The translations under genes were made by a program, and so were the position numbers. DNA of 55,357 nucleotides, filler included, from Sluysia triapertura (taxonomy: Eukaryota), in assembly GCA_046118255.1 (NCBI GenBank). It is 4 parts of 4 records of this genome, joined end to end, with 100 filler letters (N's around TTAATTAATTAA, not from the genome) between each part and the next. Parts side by side here need not be neighbours in the genome. Positions count along the whole stretch, not along the records: positions 1 to 13,069 come from JBJNIA010062200.1; 3 more parts are not named here. One strand, written 5' to 3'. Each line of letters opens with the position of its first letter. The stretch's first letter is position 1. This document shows, piece after piece, positions 1 through 9,690 of this stretch. The notes below the pieces were generated by a model, which did not search any database, was not told the origin of the DNA, and saw nothing but the letters and a program-made list of their open reading frames with translations.

Positions 1-70
<70 letters not shown>

Positions 71-74
71 TATT
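1..74. repeat. (TAT)n microsatellite
   Basis: Near-perfect TAT/ATT repeats read directly from the window start. Confidence 0.97.
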
Positions 75-409
75 GTTCAATAATTTTAATTCTATGCAAC
101 TTTTATTGTAACTGCCAGCAATTGACAGTTTTAATTTAAATAAAACAGTATCTACCCAATTTACTGTCAATTGTTGACAGTTATTCATACATTCAGTCAA
201 CATGTGAAGTTATGTGAGTGCACATACTCAAAGATTCAATTGCCTTTATTCAGTGATTGATTGGACGTCCAATCAACTCTACTTCTCTATTTTATCTCAC
301 TAGTTTGGATTGGACGTCCAATCAATATAGAATTGTCAAGCTGAATGCATACAGTTTTGTTATTGGACAGCCAGTGACAGTGTACCAGAATAGTTTCATT
401 GTTTTAAAA

Positions 410-1129
410 AGATTAATTTTTTTGCTTGAGTCACCATACAAATTGCATTAAAGAAATATTTTATTCTATGCAACATTTGCAATTGAAGAGGCAGATAAAA
501 TGATGAGTTATCAATTAGCTTAAGATATTGATAAAGTTTTAAGAATTATGCCATTAAAATTAAGTAATAAAAATAAGAAGAAAAATAGAAAGATTTTTAG
601 TCAACTACAAATGTATGTAGCAACATATTATAGTGATGTTGAAAAGAAGTACGAATCTTTGTTGCACGATCCACAATTTGTTGATGCCACATCAGAAAGT
701 AATTTTCAAACACGGTTGAAACAATGTAGTTGGGCTATGATTAATGATGTTAGAGAAAGATACTTTTAGATTAATATGTGAAACATTAATGCATTATACT
801 TATAAATCATACCTATCTAAAGTTTTAGTCTTTGTTAAAGTTTATCCTGAGCATGGTATAATGAATCCATTATAAATAAAATGAATATTAAAGACATTTT
901 GGCAGTATGCTCGAAACAAAAAGAAAACGTGAATCTTTTCAAATCAAGTAACGCATGTGATATGTTTGCTCACCCGTTTACCAGTAGAAGATAAGATTTC
1001 GAAGATATTGTTATGGTTGTCAATCTCAATGTTACAGAAAATGTTGATACTTATCGTCATAGAATTAGTCGAACTGTATGAGCTGTTAAAACAGATTATG
1101 CTACTACTTTCATATTTCCTGAAATTGAA
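410..1129 (+). pseudogene. Degraded DEAD-box RNA helicase (motifs II-VI), in frame with the downstream CCCH ORF
   Basis: Manual translation gives motif II-like FAIEEADKMM (~476-505), motif III-like QLQMYVATY, motif IV KVLVFV (~830, shifted frame), motif V-like TSRR*DFEDIVMVVN and motif VI-like YRHRISRTV*AVKTDYATTFI. There are several in-frame stops and at least two frameshifts. No Q motif or motif I was seen. Confidence 0.8.
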
Positions 1130-1702
1130 ATGCCTTTTGTTGCAATGGTAAAGAAAGTGGGACTTACTGTACAAAATATTGATTCCTTAATAATTAACAA
1201 TAATCTTCATGCTCCACGATCAAAGATTCATAATGATAATGCAAAGTATATTGATTTTAAGTCATCATCTGTGGATAACAAACTCCTACGTACAAACATT
1301 TCTAGTTCAACAAACTTCGATAAACATTACAAAAAGGCTCTATGTCCGTATATAACAGTGCAGAGTGGAAAATGCACAATATATGGGTCGAAATGTAAGT
1401 ACTTTCACTCCGGGAGCGAGCTTGAAGAGCTAAAAATTAACTCAACAGTTACCAGTATGCATCTTGACAGAATAAATGGCTTGCTGACATCTATTGATAT
1501 TTTTTCTCCATCCACAAAAGAACTCAAAGAATTCACCAACAATTTCACAGAAATACAGTTGGATGATCTTTTACCTGATGAAATTAAAGTAAATAATAAA
1601 CATAATTATAATTATGATAATTTAATTATACTTTTTTTAGTTAATGAAACTGGATCTCGAAGAACATGGTGTATTCAGAAATTAACCCTCAAACATTTTT
1701 AG
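1130..1702 (+). CDS. CCCH zinc-finger-containing region (TIS11-like lead-in), C-terminal to the helicase; probably part of the pseudogene
   Basis: YKKALCPYITVQSGKCTIYGSKCKYFHSGSEL is a C-x9-C-x6-C-x3-H finger with a YK..LC lead-in and a trailing EL. A likely intron runs GTAAAT...TTTTTTAG at about 1589-1640. Confidence 0.7.
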   Translation: MPFVAMVKKVGLTVQNIDSLIINNNLHAPRSKIHNDNAKYIDFKSSSVDNKLLRTNISSSTNFDKHYKKALCPYITVQSGKCTIYGSKCKYFHSGSELEELKINSTVTSMHLDRINGLLTSIDIFSPSTKELKEFTNNFTEIQLDDLLPDEIKVNNKHNYNYDNLIILFLVNETGSRRTWCIQKLTLKHF

Positions 1703-2150
1703 ACTAATTATTATAAATAAATTTAGGTTTTCATATATGTATTTTTTTAATTTGTTAAATTTTGGAATATTTTTTTTGAATAACGTAAGAATAAAATATA
1801 ATATTTTTCGGTGCAATAATATTTCTTAAGAAAGTAAATCTAATTTCGCTAATAAACAATCATAATTTGTTAATTTTAACCAACACAAAAATTTCATATA
1901 ATTATGTAAAATCTTGTCTAAAATTATGTCAAATTGTGTAAAATTCTGTGTGGGTTGAAAATCAAATCGTCTATTTATACTAATTTTACATATGACGAAA
2001 ATATATTAAATTCTATGTATATAAGTAATAAAAATAGTAATAATAATCTACAAAGTATTATTTAATAGTAATAATTTACGAGTAGTAACTAATAATAATA
2101 CATAGTAATTATTGTTTTTTCGTTTGAAATAATGATACTAGATAATTTAT

Positions 2151-2335
2151 AACACATAATAATAACACATAATAATTATTGTGTTATGTCTAAATTTTTT
2201 AATAATAATAATAATTAATCTATAAGTAATAACACATAATAATTATTGTCTTCTGTCTGAAATTATTTGCAATAATAAGTAATTTTAAGTAATACATAAG
2301 TGACACATACTAATCATTGTTTCTATCTAAAATTG
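2151..2335. repeat. Diverged ~70-bp tandem repeat (3 copies) with a near-palindromic core ACACATAATAATTATTGT
   Basis: Cores at about 2164, 2231 and 2302, each followed by (A/C)T(G/A)TCT(A/G)AA(A/T)TT. Confidence 0.65.
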
Positions 2336-4632
2336 TTGATAAATTTTAAGTTTATAGTATTTATATTAAATCTCACTTTAATATGGTTTTTGTCGATTAA
2401 AATCCTTTTAAATTTGATATAACATTATTCTCTCAATCTTTAATTTAAGTTAATTTTGATATAGAATACTTTTATTAATTTTTAATTGTATACTAGCTTT
2501 ACTCAATCTCAATTTAATATAATTTTAATTCTCATATTAGAATAATCTTTATGTTCTTAAAATTTATAATATATTGTCTTTATAGAATATCATTTTAAAA
2601 TGATTATTTATTTTATTTTAATCCAAAACTAATTGTTATTTGTTATTAAATTTTGAATTTATATTAACTCCATTAAATCTCATTTTAAATTTATATAAAG
2701 CATTATAATCTTAATGATAATTATTTTAATTTTACTTTTAAATAATTTTTATTTCAAATAAATTTATGTTAAATCAATTTAAATTTTAAAAAATTAATGA
2801 ATATTATGTTACAAAAATAATAATATTATTAATATAATAACATAACAATATTAATATCATTTTGATTTTATTAATCTTTCGCAGTTATAATGCATATTAT
2901 AATATTTGTGCTATTATCGACTTTATATTATTATTAATACCCATATAAAATAACTTGCAGTTTTTCTCGCTTAACTTTGAAGAAGAGCTTAAAATTTAGT
3001 TATAATTAAGTTATATTTTAAAATCAAATAAAATCTAATTACTAGTCTTCACTTCCTATTTTTCGCCCCATTTTAAAACGAAGATCAATGTAATAATAAA
3101 ATTTATTGATAAACTGAATAAAATAATCATTCATTATTCAAATTACGAATAGTATATACATAGTGAAAATAAATTACCAAAACAATAACATGCACTGTAA
3201 TTAATTAATATGTAAAGAAAATTGGCTATAAAACTTTAGTATAAGATTGTTATGTAATTGAATTAGATATAAAGTAAGATAGTAATTATGAAAAACAGAT
3301 TATAGAGAAGATCTTATATGCACAAAGAAAAGAATAAATGTAAATACTAAGGCCATACAATTGTGCAAATTTTGAAATTATAAATTAATAATTTATTTTG
3401 AAATTAATAAATAAATATTTTCGAATAATAAAAGCTGTAACACAACAGTTGCATTGGATCAATTAAAATTTGGTTTATTTTCACAAATAACAAAACTGTA
3501 ATATAACAGTTTAATATCCAATTAATAAATCATAACTTACCGAATTAATGTCTAAATTAATTAATACATATCGCTATATAAAATAAGTATAAATAAAGTC
3601 AATTGTAAGTTGTTTGGTTTTCAAAACTACAAGGAACATACTAATATTTTGTATTCTGTTCCGAAGGATTAAAAAGGAAATTTCATAAATATTCGTGGGA
3701 ATTCATCCGCTCGTGAAAAAAAATTGATCGACTCAATCGCTTTACTGTTTATCAGTTTTAAATTTAAGCCTCCTTGAGGAATTAATAAAATAATACTTAA
3801 AATCTGTAATTATTTCATGTTACCTTCAGCTAGTAACAAAATCTAGTTAAAAATAACATAAAAACAGCAGGAGTTTAATACCCTATTGTGATAAATTAAT
3901 TCATTGCTATTATTATATTTTAAAAATTATGGTTTATTAGTTTTGTAAGAATTATGTTTATCGGATTATTCTACAATGAGTTATTTTAGTTGTATGTACA
4001 CTAATTCGAAGTTTTACTCAATTTAGAATGCGATTTTAGTTAGTCGCGATTTTTATACTTCTCAGTTGTCCGAGATGGAAGTGCTTAATCAACAGTCTAT
4101 TCTATTAAAACTTTATTAAACGTTTGTCTTTGTTAGGTAACGTGCTGTTTACTTTTATTTGATTACGAATTTATTTTAATATTTGCTTCGCTGTATAGTA
4201 TGTTAAACTTTAATTACTTTCTTATGACGATTTGATTTTCTCGTACAGACTTTATTTTATCTGTTGAGTTTACGTTTAAATAGTTCTTAAAAGGTTCATT
4301 AATTATTTTATAAACTCGGTTTTACAATCCCTTCTAATTTATTAGGAAGTAAGTCAAATCAAATCAGTAGTAAATTTATTTAGTTATAAAATGAAACAAT
4401 AATAAAATTTAATAATATAGTTAAAATTTTATTTAACAGTTTTATAACTCAAGCTACGAATTATCTTACCAGATAGAACAGTTACTTCTTCTAGTATCAA
4501 TTTACTCGATAACAATAAGTGTTTCCTTGTTTCCTTTAGTAGTAATAGTTTCGTTCAATGATCTACTTCTAGTAATAACCACGTATGGCGATAACGACTT
4601 CTTTTAACAATAACTTGACAACTAGTCCTTTC

Positions 4633-4685
<53 letters not shown>

Positions 4686-4960
4686 TAATAATAATAATAT
4701 ATTAATTTATATTGCACTCATATCTACTGCATAAGTACTCAAAAGCGCTTATGGTTAATCATTCACAATAATATTTTTGAATCAGAAAGAACTTTCTTAA
4801 ATATTTCATAATCTTCGAATAATTTGGCATTTTCTGGTAACTGGTTGTATATTTTGAGACATAAACGGTATACAACCGATCACCTAGCTTGTTATCACTG
4901 TGGATTCTGTGCTTTCCAAGTTTCGTATTATTTCTAAAAGATATCCGGGACTTCCGTTAC
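4633..4960 (-). mobile_element. 3' end of a CR1/L2-clade LINE with a (TAT)n tail
   Basis: The minus strand encodes ...KLGDR...KIYNQLPENAKLFEDYEIFKKVL, followed by the 3'UTR TAAGCGCTTTTGAG...GATATGAGTGCAATATAAATTAATA and a (TAT)n tail (4633-4698). A homologous end lies at 51650-51910. Confidence 0.7.
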
Positions 4961-5554
4961 ATTTATATTTTATTTTATCTCCTATTTTTATTGAAACCCT
5001 GCCTTTTCAAATTTTCCAAAAAGATTTCAATGTAAAAAATTAATTTGCATGAATATGAAACAATTAGCATCGCCAAGACACTTTCAGAAGGAGTTTAAGA
5101 AGAAAATAAGTTAAGCAATTATAATTAGAAAATTATGTAAATGTAATTTAAGCAAATTTAAGACGCACAATAATTCTCCGCAAAAGAATGGTGTACAGAA
5201 AATTATAAAAATGTATAATTTTTAAAGAAATTTTATGTGATTTATGTAATTTAATATTTTGTTTTTTTTAGTAATTTTATAATATTAATTTTCAAATAAT
5301 TATCTGCTAAAGAAAAACCATTTACGAATTTCCTTATATATTTTCAGTTGTAAATGAAAATATAATTTCCTATTTGTAAACGACAACTTGATTATTATAC
5401 TATACTCTATATATTTTTATTATTTACAATATATTTTATTATATACAATCCAAATTCAAATTTAAAAAAGAAAAATTTATATTTTATGCGAATTCCTTAT
5501 CAGTAGATAAAGAAAATATGTTTAAGTCGGTGAAAATCATATCAGAAAAATCTC

Positions 5555-5950
5555 CTGTGGTGGCCAACCTATTTTCTTAATAAATTTTACTAAAAATTTA
5601 TGTCACACACTTTCAAAAACTCATCAAAAACATTCTTCTTACACAAGTTTTTGCCAACATAACAATTTCTCCCAAAATCTACAACTTACATTTTCAAATC
5701 CATAACTAATACAAAAACAATTAAAATCATACTTGTTTTAACGCCACATAACAACTTTGTAAAATTCTTCACAACCATTTATATACTTTAATTCTTTTCG
5801 TATTCATCAAAATAAACTGTCAAAACATTCCAAATCTTCAACATTTTAACCAAAACCACACTTTCAAATCTTTTCAAACACTCTAAATTCACGATTTTGT
5901 ACCATTAAATCCTAATATTTAAACAACATAGAATTACAATTCTTCAAGGC
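5555..5950 (+). repeat. G-depleted LTR-like or promoter-like tract starting CTGTGGTGGCCAAC
   Basis: About 400 bp almost free of G on the + strand. The same start motif and skew occur on the - strand at 17546. Confidence 0.45.
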
Positions 5951-6429
5951 TTTTCTGTTTTAATAAGTTCAATATGTCAAGAAGATCAAGAAATTTAAAG
6001 ACAGATTATGTTATTTCAGATAGAAAGACTCTATGTGTTTAGAAATAATAATAATAACATTTTGTTATTATTATTACTATCACAATTTTTATTTTTATTC
6101 ATTTTATTTTCGTATTGTTGTATTAATAAAAAAGATTAATTTATTAACTTGGTCACTGCCATCATGTTTAATTTACATGTCTGCCTTAATGTTACTGTTG
6201 ATGATGGTTAGAGTCGTGTATGGTTATAATTTATATTAATTTATTGGCCACCCAAGCAGAATAAATCTCTACATTGCTTTTGTATGTTTCTGGTTGGATG
6301 ACCAATTAGTAGTAGTAATAGCAAAAAAATTTTTCTGTACGCTGTATTATCATTTGTTTGGCAGCAGTTTAATACCCACAATTAAAATTTTTGTACAAAT
6401 TTTTAAAAAGATTTTGCTAACTATAGTTT

Positions 6430-7100
6430 TCAATAAATCATGCTTTCTATAAAAATTGAATATTCTAAGCACAATGATCATGAAATCAACAATGATAACT
6501 GTGATCATATTTAAATTAATACTGATAACAATAAAGATGATAAAGTTCCCGTTATAATTGCTCAAGATAATCAGAATAAAGTTGATGATGTTAAATATGA
6601 CAGCTATCCAATATGTAATTGTAATATGTACAACCTGATTGATAACATTAAAGATGACAATGTTTGAGTTTTAAATGCTAAAGATGATCAAAACAAAATC
6701 AATGATGTTAAATATAACAACTATCAATTATGCTAAAGATAAATATAACCTGATTGACAACACTAAAGAAGACAATGTTCTAATTATTAATGTTAAAGAT
6801 GATCAGAAGAAAATTAATGATGATAACTTCGAAAACTTTCGAGCATATAATTTTGAAAATCAGCATAATGCGATTAGTATTAGTATCAAAATAACAATCC
6901 CGAACATGACAGTGGCGAAGTCGAATATTATGAAGCTAACAATGATAATCCTAATGATAACAAAGGTAACAGTGTTGGAGATGATGTTACACAAACTAAG
7001 AAGAAAGAAGATATCGATGATCAAGTTAGCAACAATCAAAGCATGATGATTCCTTCTACTGCTACGAAGATAACATCCATAAACTCGAATAGTACAAAGT
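6430..7100 (+). pseudogene. Asn/Asp-rich coding remnant with a 117-bp (39-aa) tandem repeat
   Basis: Repeat starts at 6524, 6641 and 6756 (spacings 117 and 115 nt): DNNKDDKVPVIIAQDNQNKVDDVKYDSYPICNCNMYNLI / DNIKDDNV*VLNAKDDQNKINDVKYNNYQLC*.. / DNTKEDNVLIINVKDDQKKINDD. Stops and a frameshift are present. Confidence 0.7.
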
Positions 7101-7164
7101 TGATTTTTTTAATTTTTATAAAAATAATACATGTCTTCATGAATTTTATGATAATAAATTAATT

Positions 7165-7620
7165 GTGTTCAATTTTCTTAATGATAATAATGATATTTAT
7201 AAAAGTAATAAAAATAAATCTAAGGCTTATGCAATTTATAACAATAGTAATTATGATTTTTCAATTAAACGTGATGACTATAGACTTAAAGATAATGAGC
7301 ATGAGTATTACATGTTCAATAAACAAAAAATTGCTCGTATAGCTGCCATGTGCCCAGCTTCTACCGACAACAAAGGTGTTTGCTTAAGATATGGAATGTT
7401 CTGTCATTACGCACATTCTGTTCACGAATTGACGATCACCAAAGAAGATGAAGCAACTTACAATAGACACTCACAAAGAATTTCAGAATTACTAAAGAGT
7501 ATTACAGTTGTCTCTACCACTTCATATCGCAGTATTTCAATAGACAATAATATCAAGGTAAATAGTTTTGACTTTGATATCTTTAGTGTTATCTATTATT
7601 TTTATTATCATTTTTTATAG
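7165..7620 (+). CDS. CCCH zinc-finger region, paralog of 1130-1702
   Basis: CPASTDNKGVCLRYGMFCHYAHSVHEL is C-x9-C-x6-C-x3-H. The downstream HSQRISELLKSI matches HLDRINGLLTSI in copy 1. A likely intron begins after IK (GTAAAT ~7558 ... TTTTTATAG 7620). Confidence 0.7.
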   Translation: MFNFLNDNNDIYKSNKNKSKAYAIYNNSNYDFSIKRDDYRLKDNEHEYYMFNKQKIARIAAMCPASTDNKGVCLRYGMFCHYAHSVHELTITKEDEATYNRHSQRISELLKSITVVSTTSYRSISIDNNIKVNSFDFDIFSVIYYFYYHFL

Positions 7621-8214
7621 TGAGTGAAACCACAAGAAAAAGATTCATACATGAGAGTGAAGTATCAAAATTAAAATTTTTCATAAATAAAGTTATATAT
7701 TGTTATTTTCAATCTTTGTCTAGAAAAAACATGACAATCAGTTTCGAATTAAGAATTTTAAATAAAATAAATTTAAAAGAAGCTAATCATATAATTTACG
7801 AAGTTAAATATCGATTAAATTTAAATTTTCAAAACGATCATAACTCAAAAATCATAATAATCTTTAACACAGAACATGTCCTAAGTTAAAACAACATGCT
7901 GAACAGGACGATGCAAAGAGCATGGATTGTCGTTTTCATAATGCTCCAATTACAAGAATCGGAGCAGAGATCTTTGAGTTTTAAAGAGAGAATAAAGTCA
8001 AATTTGTCGAGAAACAAAGGGAAGAATAATATGTGGGAGGGCTTTTTCTTTTTTATGATTAAAATTATATTGAAATCGTTAAAATTTTTAATCAATGAAG
8101 AACAATTTAAACAGGACTTTTTATCTTTTAATTTTAAGAAATTATATAAAACAATAAAACTTTCAATTAACGATAAACAATTTAAATAAATTAACAGAAT
8201 AGGCTTAAGGCCTT

Positions 8215-9690
8215 TTAAAACAATAATTTTACAAATAAATAAACAAGATTGAATTTTATATTGACAACAAAACAAGTTATAAAAATATAAATAAGTGATA
8301 AATGTAAATCTTTATCAGAATTAATAATTTCTGATTTAACAGAAACAGAGTTAGCAATTAAAGGACTGATTCTTTGCGTCATGCCATTGTCCTTTTGAAA
8401 AACGTAAAATGTGCAACATACTATTTCATCTAGATCACCAAATTCATTTCGTAAATTATCCTCATCTTCCATCAATTTAAAATTGTTACAATTAACAGTT
8501 GAATATCTATCTTTAAAATTTTGAATAAAGTCTTTATCAAACTCGAAATTGTTATCGAATGATATATGATTTTCTGATTCACTAGACTTATCACTTGAGT
8601 TAGCTTTACATCCACTAGAAGTAGAACTAATTTTTGATTTACTTTGTGAATCAGATGTTTCAGAAAATCCTGAAGATTTACATTCTAAATTTTGTATTTT
8701 AGGCTTGGATTTTTGTATTAGTATCTTGAACCAAACATGATTTAGAAGACCATTCAGTATCTGTATTAATATTATTAATATCATTGTTTGACAAAGAAAT
8801 ATCGTGAGAAATCTGTGGCACACTAACATTTGTAGTTTCTACATCTGAAGCAGCAATTTCTGTTGTTTGAACAGGAAATCAATGCAGACTATTTGACAAC
8901 TTTAAAGAATCATTTTTTAAAAAAATCAATAATATAAATTATAATTATTATGCAATAACTGTTTGTAATTTTGTATTACAATCATTTGTTTTTCAAATAC
9001 TATAAAAATCAACTCTAGCTTTATTTTCGATTTAATTATAATATTGTTTACAAATAAAGTAATCATTGTATATTATTTATTTTTACGTATTTTAAAAAAT
9101 TTAATAAATCTTGTATTAAAGACAAATTTATATTTTTGAAAATGTACTGTTTAGGGGTTGTAGATAATCGTGATTTTCAATATATTCTTGATTTAATTCC
9201 GATGGAACTTCTGGTAGTATTTCATGCTTGGAAGATTGTGATGGATTAATATTGCAATAACTTAATGATTTTGTAGGATAACAAGTTGTAAGGTTATCTT
9301 GATCAGACACAACAAAGCTTTTATTATCGAGAAAAATAATATCGAGATTGTGTATTTTTTGAAGTAACGTCAACAAAAAATACGTTGATCAGATAATAAT
9401 GAAGAAGGATTATTTTGACTATGACACGAATTAGAGTTAGGTGTGATATGCAAAAGTGGAACAATTTTCGAAGAATCTGTAGATAATTGTTGAGTTGAAC
9501 GTGAATCATGATCATGTAAGGGTTCTGATACGGAGCACTTACTGGAAGAAACAGAATGATCTGAATGAAGTGTAGCAATGTATGGGTTTACAGATAGATA
9601 ATGATTGTTCTTCAAGTTCATTTCTGGAGTTTTACTCACTTTTGTGGTAATTAAATCGGAAAATGAATCGCAGCTACTCATTTCTAGATA
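8215..9690 (-). pseudogene. Ser-rich low-complexity protein remnant (at least two exon-like blocks, frameshifted)
   Basis: Overlapping ORFs 9370-9705, 9324-9578, 9128-9376 and 8215-8829 join by frameshifts into Ser/Asn/Asp-rich sequence. An acceptor-like TATCTAG precedes AAATGAGT on the - strand. No domain was recognised. Confidence 0.45.

Noticed and set aside
109-330. H/ACA snoRNA
   Set aside because: The hinge is about 70 nt with no conserved ANANNA box, and no ACA follows the second hairpin in either copy.
410-1129. Stop-codon reassignment explaining in-frame TAA/TGA in the helicase
   Set aside because: The stops fall at positions expecting different residues and are accompanied by frameshifts. 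The long spectraplakin and tubulin exons are stop-free under the standard code.
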